DNA of 64,000 bases from an uncultured delta proteobacterium (lineage in GTDB: Bacteria; Myxococcota; Myxococcia; Myxococcales; Anaeromyxobacteraceae), in assembly GCA_963828255.1 (NCBI GenBank), contig CAWHDZ010000025.1, positions 1 to 64,000 of the forward strand. Reading direction: 5' to 3'. The notes under the pieces are model-generated. The model saw nothing but the letters and a program-made list of their open reading frames with translations, was not told the DNA's origin and made no database searches. A program made the translations under genes and the position numbers. The stretch's first letter is position 1. Each line of letters starts with the position of its first letter. Positions 25,688-36,300 of the stretch are shown piece after piece.

Positions 25688-25980
25688 TGGCGCTTCGAGC
25701 CGTGGGACGGGTTGAACTCAGGATTTCGGTGGACCGCAAGGCCAGGTGGATGGAGGCTGCAAGGCGTTCGAGGGTCCCCCTCTCCGACTGGGCCCGTGGC
25801 CTGCTCGACGAGGCCGCGGATGCGTTGCTCGGGCGGGAGGATGTGGAGCCCGGCCCGCCGACCAGGGCGCAGATCCAGGTGTCGCTCTCGGCCCGAGGGG
25901 CGATGGGCCCGGAACGGGCGGAGAAGCTCCGTGCGCGAGTGCACGCCGCCCGGAGGACGCCATGGCGCGGCCAGTCCTAG
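25687..25980 (+). CDS. Putative ribbon-helix-helix antitoxin
   Basis: RVELRISVDRKARWMEAARRSRVPLSDWARGLL is RHH-like; lies upstream of and overlaps the PIN gene. Confidence 0.65.
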   Translation: MALRAVGRVELRISVDRKARWMEAARRSRVPLSDWARGLLDEAADALLGREDVEPGPPTRAQIQVSLSARGAMGPERAEKLRARVHAARRTPWRGQS

Positions 25981-26351
25981 CCGATGCAGACGTGCTCATC
26001 GACTTCGCAGGCGGAACGGGAGCCGCCGGCCAGGTCGAGCGACTCATCCACGGCGGGCGCCTTCGCCTGCCCGTGGTTGCCTTCTACGAACTCTGGCGCG
26101 GCGCCGAATCCGAGGCGGACCGGGCCGAGATGCGGCGACTGCTGGCCGGCGTCCCGGTCGTCTGGCTCACCCGGCACGACGCCGAGGCGGCGGCTGGGGT
26201 GTGGGGCGGCCTCACCGAACACCAGCGGGGCCAGGTGGGCGACCGCGACATCCTCATCGCCGGGACCGCGCTGGCTCGCGGATGGTCCCTGCTCACCCGG
26301 AACCGGCGTCACTTCGCCATGACCGGGGTGGAGCTGCACGACCGCGACTAA
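25962..26351 (+). CDS. vapC: PIN-domain toxin
   Basis: ATG at 25962 after GGAGG. LADADVLID, FYEL, DRDILIAGTA and LLTRNRRHF. Confidence 0.88.
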   Translation: MARPVLADADVLIDFAGGTGAAGQVERLIHGGRLRLPVVAFYELWRGAESEADRAEMRRLLAGVPVVWLTRHDAEAAAGVWGGLTEHQRGQVGDRDILIAGTALARGWSLLTRNRRHFAMTGVELHDRD

Positions 26352-27875
26352 AAATACACCGTCGCCCGCGCCCCGGCGCCGCCGGCCGTCCAGCCGCTGG
26401 CCGCCTCCAGGCTTCCCGACACGCCCAGCTCGCCGACGCCGAAGCGCCAGGTTGCCTGCAGGTCGAAGCCACCGCTCCGGCCGGTGTACGGGGAGTAGAG
26501 ATTGCCGGAGAAGCGGTCCCGCACGAAGACGTCGCCGCGGACGAGCAGCCGGGCGTCGAGCAGGTCGGCCGAGGCGTGGAGGAAGAGCTCCCGGCCGTTG
26601 CCGCCCATGCGGTGGCCCAGCGGCAGGTTCCCGGTGGTCCAGCTGTAGGCGTGCGTGTACCAGTTGAGCTTGTAGCCGGGCGACCGGCAGAAGGTCCCGC
26701 CCGTCTGCTCCTTGCAGACCTCGCCGAAGAAGCTCGCCTCGAGCCCCACCGCCACCTCGGGCGCGAAGGGCAGCGACGGGATCAGGATCCCGGCGTCGAG
26801 CCCCGGCGCCTGCAGCCAGGCCCCGCCGTTGTCGTCGCCGCCCCACTCCCCGTACAGGGTGATGGGAACCCAGTCCTCGGTGGGAAGCCGCCAGCGCCCC
26901 GCGACCGAGAAGACGTTGTTGGTGTAGCCGTTGTTCTGGTACCCGGCCCCGCGGTAGGTGATGGCCGCGAAGAAATCACTGATGGTGAACGGCGCTCCGG
27001 TGAGCTGCTCCCAGGTCTCCCCGCCCATCATGATGCCGCTCTGCAGGCCGAAGGTGAGGCGCGGGACGGGCTGGTACTGCAGCGACCACTCCCAGAGCAG
27101 GGTGTTCGCGGAATGGGTGGGCGGGCCCACCTTCGCGAGCGAGACGTCGAGGTGAGCAGGCCGATGCAGATGTCCACGGGGCGGTAGATCTGGAACTCGA
27201 CGCGGTCGTGGAGGGCCTCGCCGCCGAACACCACGCCGGCGCCCGGCGCGCCGAACCCGGTCTGACCGGGAGCGCGCCCCACCGAGAGCGACACCGGGCC
27301 GACGCCGGCCACGAGCTCGCCCGCCCAGCGGAGCTGCCAGGCCGTCCCCACCGGCGCGACCAGCAGGGCCAGGTGGTCGGAGAGTGCGCCGGCGGCCTCG
27401 ACCGCGACGTACGGCGTGGAGTCCCGGGGCGGGGTGAGCGACCAGGCGGAGGGGGGCGTCGCGGCTGGCTCCGGCGAGACGGTGTCGTACTGGTAGCCCA
27501 CCGAGGCCTGTCCGCCCAGGAAGCGCCAGAGCCCCTTCTCGTCGATGCCCCGCCACTCCTGCTGGAACTTCTCCTTCCAGCCGCGGGCCAGGGCCTCCAT
27601 GCCCGGACGCTCCTTCGCCGCCCGGCGCGCCCCCTCGTCGAGCGCGGCCCACACCATGTACATGGGCGCGGCCTGGTTGGCGGGCAGCCACCCGGTCACG
27701 AGCCCCACCCCGTCGAGCCGCACCGCTGCGCGCACCGCCCAGTGCTCGGGGGGCAGCAGCGGGGAGACCCCGTAGGCCGGCAGCTCGCGGGCCGGCGACT
27801 CCTCGGCGGCGGCGCCGGCAGGGATGGCGGTGCGGCGACGGCCAGGAGCAGGAGCAGGAGCAGGCGGTGCCTCAT
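26348..27875 (-). CDS. Wzi-like capsule-assembly outer-membrane protein; frameshifts near 27820 and 27160
   Basis: Signal peptide MRHRLLLLLLLAVAA, PEHWAVRA..RL, LYGEWGGDD, WYTH, PLGHRMGGNG and terminal VYF. Confidence 0.65.
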
Positions 27876-28474
27876 GCTCCGTCCCCCGCTGGCGGGCGCC
27901 TGGCTGCGGCCGCGGCCAGCGCGAAGAGCAGCGCCGCGGCCAGCGAAAGCGCCCCGGAGAGTCCGTTCACCCCGAGGAAGATCACGATGAGCCCCCCCAC
28001 CGCGGCGGCGACGCCGTCGAGCACCGCGGAGCGGCTGCGGCCGAAGAGCAGGAACCCCTCGAGCAGCAGCGCCCCGGCGGCGAGCAGGAAGTGCACCCCG
28101 CGCCGGTGGAGGGCCGACTGCACGGCGTCCTGGCTCGCCACCCCCACGGCCACGGCGACCAGCACCGCGCCCAGGGCCAGCACCAGCACCCCGCCGGCCG
28201 CGGCGTCCTTCACCCGCCGTGCCTCCTCGCGGATCTCCCGGGTGTGCAGGTCCACGAGCCCCTCGAGGGCGCTGTTGCCCATCTCGGCGGCGACCACCAG
28301 CGCCACCGCCAGCAGGAGGGCCAGCCGCGACGCCGGCGGCAGCGACACCTCCGCGCCGAGGAGCCCCACCGCCGTGCCGCAGAGCACGTGGATCTTCATG
28401 TTCCGCTCGCGCGCCGTCACCTCGACGAGTCCGCGCAGCGCGTGGCCGAAGCTGGGGATGAGGCCGGTGGACAT
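27872..28474 (-). CDS. Prokaryotic diacylglycerol/undecaprenol kinase family protein with extra C-terminal TM helices
   Basis: SFGHALRGL, ERNMKIH, AEMGNSALEGLVDL and VKDAAAGGVL. Confidence 0.85.
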   Translation of the reverse strand: MSTGLIPSFGHALRGLVEVTARERNMKIHVLCGTAVGLLGAEVSLPPASRLALLLAVALVVAAEMGNSALEGLVDLHTREIREEARRVKDAAAGGVLVLALGAVLVAVAVGVASQDAVQSALHRRGVHFLLAAGALLLEGFLLFGRSRSAVLDGVAAAVGGLIVIFLGVNGLSGALSLAAALLFALAAAAARRPPAGDGA

Positions 28475-28481
28475 GGGCGGG

Positions 28482-29204
28482 CTATCCTACCAGCCGGGAA
28501 CGAAGCCTGTACCGCGCTCCCCGGGTTGCACCGGTCCGGACGAGGAACGGCGCGGTGGCCAGGTCGCGGGTGGCCTGGCGGCGGGAGGCGCGCCCCCGGA
28601 GCGCCTCCATGTAGTCGCCCAGGGTGAACTCGGGCGACCGCTCGGCGAGTCGATGGAGCATGTTCATTCGCTGGGGCCGGGCCAGGGTGCCGTGAGCCCC
28701 CGAGCCGAGCTCCTTGGCGATGGGCTCCTCCCGCGACATGTATCCCCAGCGCAGGTACTCGGCGAGGGACTCCTCGGCGTCGCGTCGGGCCAGGGTTCCG
28801 GCGAATGCACGGGTTCCCAGGAAAAAGCGCTCGTTTCGGGCGGGGCGCACACCCGCCAGGACGAACGCGGCCAGGTCGTCGAGCTCCACCAATCCAGCGA
28901 CCAGCCGCGCGAACTCGAAGGCGACCCCCAGCGTCGCCGGCCAGCGCGCCCCCGGCAGCGCGCGCCGGAGCTTGAGGGGGTCGAACCTGTCGTAGTGCCG
29001 GGCCAGCAGCTCCACGAGCGCCCAGAGGAGACGCGGCTCCTGCCGCGAGGCCTGGGCCGCGAGCACCACCACCTCCTCGGGCGAGGGCTTTCCGAAACGC
29101 CACGGGACGCGCCTGCCCTCGACGCGGCCGCCCACAGCCTCGAGCTCGGCGTAGAGACGGGGAATCTCACGAGCCTGGAGCGGCAGGCCTGCCGAGGTGG
29201 TCAT
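28482..29204 (-). CDS. Uncharacterised partner protein with C-terminal winged HTH
   Basis: ATGA overlap with the nucleotidyltransferase gene; C-terminal FTLGDYMEAL..SRRQATRDL..GATRGARYRL. Confidence 0.65.
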   Translation of the reverse strand: MTTSAGLPLQAREIPRLYAELEAVGGRVEGRRVPWRFGKPSPEEVVVLAAQASRQEPRLLWALVELLARHYDRFDPLKLRRALPGARWPATLGVAFEFARLVAGLVELDDLAAFVLAGVRPARNERFFLGTRAFAGTLARRDAEESLAEYLRWGYMSREEPIAKELGSGAHGTLARPQRMNMLHRLAERSPEFTLGDYMEALRGRASRRQATRDLATAPFLVRTGATRGARYRLRSRLVG

Positions 29205-29740
29205 TCCACCGCCCCGAGGTCATCGAGGAAGTCGCCGGCCTCCCGCGCGCCCTTGATCCCCTTCTCGATGAGCTGCTGGATTCGCCCGTCCACGAGTGCG
29301 AGGTCGGGCTTCTTCCGGAGCAGGGCCCGGGCGTGGCCCACGTCCTTGTCCCGACCCGCGAAGCACTTCATGATGAGCAGGTCCTCCACCCCGAGCGCCA
29401 TCACCCGCAGTCTCTGGCCGGCGAACACCTCCTGGAGGCGGGAGCCGTAGTCGGACGGCAGCACGTGGGTGAAGGTCTCGAACCAGGGGTTCAGCCAGTC
29501 GGAGGACAGCCCCACCTCACTGGCGACCTCTCGCAGCACGGGACCCAGGTCGTCGAGGTGCCCCGTGGCGGTGTAGGCATCGACGTCCCGGGTTCGCACC
29601 GGGAGGCCGTGGGCGAGCAGCATCGCCGTCCCACCGCCGACGATGAGCATGACGGGAGCCTCCAGCCGGGCGTCGAGGGCCTGGAAGGCCGCCTGGATGG
29701 AGGACCGGTCGAGGTAGGGATGGTCAGCCATTTGCGCCAT
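29201..29740 (-). CDS. AbiEii/DUF6036-like nucleotidyltransferase (true start possibly 29731)
   Basis: IVGGGTAM, RTRDVD and EDLLIMKCFAGRDKD. Confidence 0.8.
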   Translation of the reverse strand: MAQMADHPYLDRSSIQAAFQALDARLEAPVMLIVGGGTAMLLAHGLPVRTRDVDAYTATGHLDDLGPVLREVASEVGLSSDWLNPWFETFTHVLPSDYGSRLQEVFAGQRLRVMALGVEDLLIMKCFAGRDKDVGHARALLRKKPDLALVDGRIQQLIEKGIKGAREAGDFLDDLGAVE

Positions 29741-29769
29741 GATTATACTGTAGCCTGTTCATGGCGCAA
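29732..29769 (-). promoter_or_regulatory. Sigma70-type promoter flanked by a perfect 11-bp inverted repeat
   Basis: Arms TTGCGCCATGA (29732-42) and TCATGGCGCAA (29759-69). On the minus strand TTGCGC, 16 bp spacer, TATAAT. Confidence 0.75.
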
Positions 29770-29805
29770 TGACCCTACGGTTGCAATCCCCGCGGAGGAC
29801 CCGAC

Positions 29806-30801
29806 ATGCAAGGCCGCCTCGACCTCGACACCCTCGACGCACCCGCCCTGCGCGGCAACCCGCTCGGCGACCCGGTGCGCCGCCCCGTCTACCTCTACCG
29901 CCCCCCGGACTTCCGCCCCGGCCTGCCGGCCGTCTACTTCCTGCACGGGTTCACCGGCAGTGCCCACTCCTGGACCGGCTTCCCCGGCTTCGGCCTCACC
30001 GTGCCGGAGCGCATGGACCGGCTCGTCGCCTCCGGGGCCGTCCCCCCGGCGGTGGGGGTCTTCGTGGACGGGTGGACCTCGCTGGGCGGCAGCCAGTGGG
30101 TGAACAGCCCGGCCATCGGGAACTACCGCGACCACGTGGCGCGGGACGTGGTGGCCTTCGTGGAACGGAAGCTCGGCACGCTCCCCGTCCCGGAGGCCCG
30201 GGCCGTGGTGGGCAAGTCGTCGGGCGGATACGGGGCGCTGGTCATGGGACGCCACCACCCCGACGTCTTCGGCCACGTGGCCAGCCACGCCGGCGACGCC
30301 GGCTTCGAGTACTGCTACCTCCCCGACTTCCCCCGTACGGCGGGCGCGCTCCTCGGAACCGACCCCGCCTCCTGGCTCGACGCGCTGCGCCGCCGCGCCC
30401 GCGAGACCAAGATGCGGGGCGACGACCACGCCCCGCTGAACGTCCTCGCCATGGCCGCCGCCTACTCGCCGCGCGCCGGCGCGCCGGCCGGCCTGGAGCT
30501 CCCCTTCGACCCGGAGACCGCCCGCATCCGCCCCGAGGTCTGGGAGCGCTGGCTCTCCCACGACCCGGTGCGCTTCGTCCCCGCCTCGCTCGACGCCTTC
30601 CGGAGGCTGCGCAGCGTCTTCCTCGACTGCGGCACGCGCGACGAGTTCAACCTGCGCTGGGGCGCCCGCATGGTCGCCGCGTCGCTCCGCGAGGGCGGCG
30701 TGGACCTGGTCCACGAGGAGTTCGACGACGGCCACCGCGACGTGAACTACCGCTACGACCGGTCGCTCTCCTACATCCTGCCCCGGCTGGGTCGCGGCTG
30801 A
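29806..30801 (+). CDS. Fes-like alpha/beta-hydrolase (esterase)
   Basis: LHGFTG, nucleophile elbow GKSSGG, DCGTRDE and FDDGH. Confidence 0.85.
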   Translation: MQGRLDLDTLDAPALRGNPLGDPVRRPVYLYRPPDFRPGLPAVYFLHGFTGSAHSWTGFPGFGLTVPERMDRLVASGAVPPAVGVFVDGWTSLGGSQWVNSPAIGNYRDHVARDVVAFVERKLGTLPVPEARAVVGKSSGGYGALVMGRHHPDVFGHVASHAGDAGFEYCYLPDFPRTAGALLGTDPASWLDALRRRARETKMRGDDHAPLNVLAMAAAYSPRAGAPAGLELPFDPETARIRPEVWERWLSHDPVRFVPASLDAFRRLRSVFLDCGTRDEFNLRWGARMVAASLREGGVDLVHEEFDDGHRDVNYRYDRSLSYILPRLGRG

Positions 30802-30817
30802 CTATATTGACGGTCAC

Positions 30818-31207
30818 ATGTCCGTCACCGTCCAAGCCGGCGCCACCCTCCCCTTCGACCGCTTCTGGAAGTGGCTGAAGCACCACCCCAACTGCATCCT
30901 GCGGGCAGGCACCTCCGAGGCCTGGCTCTACGACCACGAGGACCTCCACTGGCACCTCGAGGAGGGGCCGGAGCGCCACCCGTCGGTGCAGCTCGTCCGC
31001 GGCAAGCAGGTCCTGGGGGAGATGATCCTCGACGTCCGCGACGTCGCCTTCGTCCAGGCCACCCTCGACTCCGAGGAGGACGGCGAGCGGCGCTACCTCT
31101 TCGAGGTGGTGGGCGGGGACCGTGCCGAGCCCTACGCGGTCTACCACTTCCTGGTGGCCCACGGCTTCGAGGAGGAGCCGCACGGCGGCGGCGGCCTGAA
31201 GCACTAG
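30818..31207 (+). CDS. Hypothetical protein
   Basis: 129 aa ORF with host-like codon usage filling the gap between genes. Confidence 0.75.
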   Translation: MSVTVQAGATLPFDRFWKWLKHHPNCILRAGTSEAWLYDHEDLHWHLEEGPERHPSVQLVRGKQVLGEMILDVRDVAFVQATLDSEEDGERRYLFEVVGGDRAEPYAVYHFLVAHGFEEEPHGGGGLKH

Positions 31208-32775
31208 GGAGACGCGACGAGCGCCTTGCCCGGCCACCAGGTGAGCTGGAACTCCGCGTGCAGGTTCACGGCATCCGGCAGCCCGTCGTGCGCCCCCCGG
31301 CACTGCAGCCCGGCCAGGGCCCCCAGGTCGAAGGCGCCCAGCGACTTCACGTAGCGTAAACCGCCCCCGATCTCGACGTCGTTCTCCCCCCTCGGCCCGC
31401 CGGTCCCCATGAAGTAGACGTCGTTCCGGCGGGTTCGCTCCAGCCAGCCGCCGTACCATCCAGACGGCGTGAGGACGTCCACGCCCAGGTACTGCGTGGA
31501 GCCTCCCGGGCCGATGGCGGAGCCCACGATCTGCCCACGGTTCGCGTAGCTGGTGTTGCCGCCGTGCGCGTAGTAGGCGGTCGGGTTGGGTCGCCATTCC
31601 CGCGACGGCCGGGGGACGTTGTTGTCGGTGATCTCTCCGATGAGCCGGACCCAGTAGTCGCTGCCCAGGAAGACCTTCTGCAACCCGAGCGTGTAGCCGG
31701 CCGCGTGGTCGAGCTCCCTCGTCAGGTCCCCGTAGTTCGCCCAGCCGTCGTCCTTCGTCCACTCGCCGTAGACCTCCAGGCCGGCCGGGGGGAAGACCCA
31801 CCGTCCGTAGAACCCCATCATCTGGTTCGAGTTCTGCTCGCAGCTGCGGCACAGGGTGGACATGACGTTCACGAACGCGAAGCCGACGTACAGCCCGCGC
31901 ACCCAGCGGACCTCCAGGTCGGCGGTGAAGGCGAAGACCCATGCGCGATCCTGGGTGTAGAAGTAGTCGGAGCGGCCCAGCGATCCGAGCCAGACGTCCG
32001 CCTCCAGGTTTCCCACCCAGACGTCCACCGGACGCACCGTTCCCAGGTAGGCGTGGGGGAAGCCGTCCGCGTTGTTCGACATGAGCAGCGTGTTGCGCAT
32101 GCCCGGCCCCCACCAGAGGTTCTCGGTGGAGACGCCGATGCCGACCCCGGCGTAGGCGACCTGCACGTAGCTCTGCCCTGGCGACAACGTCCAGAAGTTC
32201 GCGTCCCCGAAGCGCTGCGGAACGTCGAGCGCCTCCCCGTAGTACGGGTTGGAATAGGCCAGGTTCCCGGGCAGGCCGGTGGAGAGCATGGGGAATGCGG
32301 CGTTCTGCTGCCAGGCCACGCCGGGCACGAAGGCCGCCGAGAGGATCCCCCACTTGAACTGGAGGCCGACGCCGAGCTGCGCCGAGACGCCCTTCCCCTG
32401 CCAGACCGCGCCGTCGTTCGCGCCCGACGGGTAGCTGGTGTTGGCGTACACGGAGAGCATGGCCGGGACCCACTCCAGCGAGAGCGAGCCGGGGGTCTTC
32501 TCGGCCTCCACCTTGCGGCCCAGCGGCAGGGCCGGACCCTCGGCGCAGAGCGGCACGGCGCGATCGCCCGGGCGCTGGAAGAGGTCGGGGCGCAGCGGCG
32601 CGGCGCCCACGTCCTGGGCCATGCGGGCCAGGTCCGCCCACGGCGTCCCGATGCCGTAGGCCTGCAACACCTCTCCGGAGAGCGCGCAGGACGGGCCGTT
32701 GGGATCGGCGCTGCCGTCGGCCGCGGCAGCGTCGGCCGCGGCCAGGAGGACGGCGAGGGCGAGGACGGACGTCAC
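31204..32775 (-). CDS. Wzi-like capsule-assembly outer-membrane protein
   Basis: Signal peptide; NDGAVWQGKG, STENLWWGPGMRNTLLMSNNADGFPH, VYGEW and GSAIGPGG. Confidence 0.8.
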   Translation of the reverse strand: MTSVLALAVLLAAADAAAADGSADPNGPSCALSGEVLQAYGIGTPWADLARMAQDVGAAPLRPDLFQRPGDRAVPLCAEGPALPLGRKVEAEKTPGSLSLEWVPAMLSVYANTSYPSGANDGAVWQGKGVSAQLGVGLQFKWGILSAAFVPGVAWQQNAAFPMLSTGLPGNLAYSNPYYGEALDVPQRFGDANFWTLSPGQSYVQVAYAGVGIGVSTENLWWGPGMRNTLLMSNNADGFPHAYLGTVRPVDVWVGNLEADVWLGSLGRSDYFYTQDRAWVFAFTADLEVRWVRGLYVGFAFVNVMSTLCRSCEQNSNQMMGFYGRWVFPPAGLEVYGEWTKDDGWANYGDLTRELDHAAGYTLGLQKVFLGSDYWVRLIGEITDNNVPRPSREWRPNPTAYYAHGGNTSYANRGQIVGSAIGPGGSTQYLGVDVLTPSGWYGGWLERTRRNDVYFMGTGGPRGENDVEIGGGLRYVKSLGAFDLGALAGLQCRGAHDGLPDAVNLHAEFQLTWWPGKALVASP

Positions 32776-32791
32776 GCCCCGGGAGACTACC

Positions 32792-33319
32792 TCACTCCCG
32801 CGACTGCTCCTTCAAGGCCTTGAGCCCCTTCTCGAAGTCGGGCCCGACCATGCCGTCCATGTCCATGAAGAGCGCGAAGAGCTTGCCCACGAAGTCGTGC
32901 TCGCCCGTCATCGACCAGGTCACCTTGGTCCCGGCAGGGTCGGGTGCGAGGTCGAAGGTGGTGAGGCTGGTCTGCTCCCACGGCTTCAGGAACTGGAGCT
33001 CGATGACCACCTGGCGGTCCGGGGTGAGCCCCTTCACCGTCATGCGCCCCTCGCCGACCTTGTCGTTCCCCTTCCAGTGGTAGGTCGAGCCGACCGTCCC
33101 CGGCGTGCCGGAGTAGTCGAGCTTCATGGCCGGATCGAGCTTGGCCCAGGGCGACCAGCCCTCCCACTTCGTGAGGTCGGCGACCCGGGAGTAGACTTCC
33201 GCCGCCGGGGCCCGGACCACCGCGCTGCGCTCGACCCTGTAGATGGACGGGCGATAGGCGACGAAGCCCCCGAAGGCGAACACCAGGACCAGCAGGATCA
33301 CGACGATTTTCTTGAACAT
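32792..33319 (-). CDS. SRPBCC (START-like) family protein
   Basis: N-terminal TM; VERS, WSPW, WKGNDKVGEG and VGPDFEKGL. Confidence 0.85.
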   Translation of the reverse strand: MFKKIVVILLVLVFAFGGFVAYRPSIYRVERSAVVRAPAAEVYSRVADLTKWEGWSPWAKLDPAMKLDYSGTPGTVGSTYHWKGNDKVGEGRMTVKGLTPDRQVVIELQFLKPWEQTSLTTFDLAPDPAGTKVTWSMTGEHDFVGKLFALFMDMDGMVGPDFEKGLKALKEQSRE

Positions 33320-33394
33320 TGGCGATCTCCGATAGCACGGATGGAAGCGGTCAGACTGGCCTGCTATCTAACGCCTCCCTGGGGGCGCCACACC

Positions 33395-36300
33395 TTGTCC
33401 GACTTCGTCCATCTCCACCTGCACAGCCTCTACTCCCTCCTCGACGGCGCCATCCGCATCGGCGACCTGACCCGGACGGTGAAGGAGCGGGGCATGAACA
33501 CCGTGGCCGTCACCGACCACGGCAACCTCTTCGGCGCCGTGGACTTCTACAAGAACGCCCGGGCGGCCGGGGTGAAGCCCATCCTGGGCATGGAGGCCTA
33601 CGTCGCCGGCCCCAAGGGACGGCAGGACCGCAGCGAGCGGGTGGGCCGCCACCTCATCCTCCTGGCCAGGAACGCCGAGGGCTGGGCCAACCTCCGCTAC
33701 CTCTCCTCCATGGCCTACGCCGAGGGGTTCTACTACGACCCCCGCATCGACAAGCCCCTGCTGCGCGAGCACGCCAAGGGGCTGGTCGGGCTCACCGCCT
33801 GCCTGGGCGGCGAGATCCCGCGGCTCGCCCACAAGGGCGACATGGACGGGGCCCGCGCCGCCGCCCGGGAGTACCGCGACATCTTCGAGCCCGGCAGCTT
33901 CTTCCTGGAGGTGCAGTCGAACGGCATGGCCGAGCAGCTGGAGGTGAACTCCCGGCTGGCCGAGCTTTCCGAGAGCGAGGGCATCCCGCTCGTGGCCACC
34001 GCCGATGCACATTACGTGAACCGCAGCGACGCGAAGGCGCACGAGGTCCTCATGTGCATCGCGTCCAACAAGACCCTCACCGACCCGCGCCGCCTGCACC
34101 ACAAGACCGACGGGCTCTTCGTGGCCTCGCCGGACGACATGCTGGCCTCCCTGCCCCAGTACAGGGAGGCCATCGCCAACACGGTGCGCATCGCCGAGAT
34201 GTGCAACGTCGAGCTCAAGCTGGGCGGCAGCTACCTGCCCCGCTTCCAGCTGCCCGACGGCGTCACCGAGGACGACTGGCTGGGCAAGCTGGCGCAGGAG
34301 GGTCTCGAGCGGCGATTCAAGGAGATCGAGGGCAAGTACCCCCACGACCGGGACCTCTACCGGCAGCGGCTCGAGACCGAGGTGGGGATCATCCGGTCCA
34401 TGAACTTCTCCGGCTACTTCCTCATCGTCCAGGACTTCATCAACTGGGCCAAGGGACGGCAGGTGCCGGTGGGTCCGGGGCGCGGCTCGGGAGCCGGCTC
34501 CATCGTGGCCTGGTCGCTGCGCATCACCGACCTCGACCCCATCCGCTGGAACCTCCTCTTCGAGCGGTTCCTCAACCCCGAGCGCGTGTCGATGCCCGAC
34601 TTCGACATCGACTTCTGCCAGGAGCGGCGCGACGAGGTCATCCACTACGTGGCCGGGAAGTACGGCAAGGACAACGTCGGCCAGATCATCACCTTCGGCT
34701 CGCTCAAGGCCCGCTCGGTGATCCGCGACGTGGTCCGGGTCATGGGGCTCCCCTTCGCCGAGGGGGACCGCATCGCCAAGCTCGTTCCCGAGCCGGTGCA
34801 GGGCAAGGTGAAGCCCCTCAAGGAGTGCATCGAGATCGAGCCGCGCCTGGCCGAGCTGTACGAGAAGCCCACCCTGGTGCGCGAGTGGACCGAGCCCGAC
34901 GGCTCGCAGCGCAAGGTGACCACCCGCGACATCCTCGACATCGCCATGGCGCTCGAGGGGCTGAACCGGCAGGCCGGCCTTCACGCCGCCGGCGTGGTCA
35001 TCGCCGACAGGCCGCTCTGGGAGTACGTCCCGGTCTACAAGGACGACAAGAGCGACACGCTGGTCTCGCAGTTCTCCAAGGACGACGCGGAGGCGGCCGG
35101 ACTCGTCAAGTTCGACTTCCTGGGCCTGAAGACCCTCACCGTGATCGACGAGGCGCTCAAGCGGGTGAGGAGGAACCACCCCGACCAGGCGACGCTCGCC
35201 GCCGACCAGATCCCCATCGACGACCCGGCGGTCTACGAGCTCATCGCCCGCGGCGACACCGACGGCGTCTTCCAGATGGAGTCGGAGGGCTTCACCCACA
35301 TGGTGACGAAGATGAAGCCGTCGGGCTTCGACGACGTCATCGCCGCCGGCGCGCTCTTCCGCCCCGGCCCGCTCGACCAGAAGGTGGACGGCGGCCGCAC
35401 CATGGTCGACGTCTACATCGACCGCAAGCTGGGCAAGGAGAAGGTCCGCTACCCCCACGACCGGCTCGAGCCCATCCTCCGGGAGACCTACGGCGTCATC
35501 GTCTACCAGGAACAGGTCATGCAGATCTCCCAGGTGCTGGCCGGCTACAGCCTGGGACGCGCCGACATCCTGCGCCGCGCCATGGGGAAGAAGAAGGCCG
35601 GGGAGATGGCCAAGGAGCGGGCCGGCTTCCTGGCCGGCTGCGTGGAGAAGGGGGTGGACGCGGCGGTGGCCGGCTCCATCTTCGACATGATGGAGAAGTT
35701 CGCCGCCTACGGCTTCAACAAGAGCCACTCGGCGGCCTACGGGTTCCTCACCGTGCAGACCGCCTGGCTGAAGGCCCACTACCCGGTCGAGTTCATGGCC
35801 GCGCTGCTCACCAGCGAGTCGGGGAGCACCGACAAGGTGGTGGCCCACATCTTCGGGGCCCGCCAGTCGGGCATCGAGGTCCTTTCACCCGACGTGAACG
35901 AGTCGGCGAGCTCGTTCACGGCGCATCCCCCGGCGGCGCCGGCGCAGCCGGCGCAAGGCGCGGCGCCCTCTCCGGCCACGGGGATTGCTCCACCCTCCGC
36001 GCGCGGCAGGATCCGCTTCGGCCTGGGCGCCGTGAAGGGCGTGGGCGACAGCGCCGTCGAGGCCGTGCTGGCCGCCCGCGAGGAGGGCGGCCCCTTCAAG
36101 AGCCTCTTCGACTTCTGCTCCCGCATCGATCCACGCCGGGTGAACAAGAAGGTCATCGAGGCCCTGGTGAAGAGCGGCGCCTTCGACTTCGAGGGAGTGC
36201 CCCGCTGGAGGCTCGCCGCCGGGATCGACGCGGCCCTGTCGGCGGGCTCGTCGGCCCACGCCGACCGGCAGAGCGGCCAGGCCAGCCTCTTCGGCGCCCT

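Noticed and set aside
27843..27865. CAGGAG tandem repeat
   Set aside because: It encodes the poly-Leu core of a signal peptide on the minus strand; not an independent repeat.
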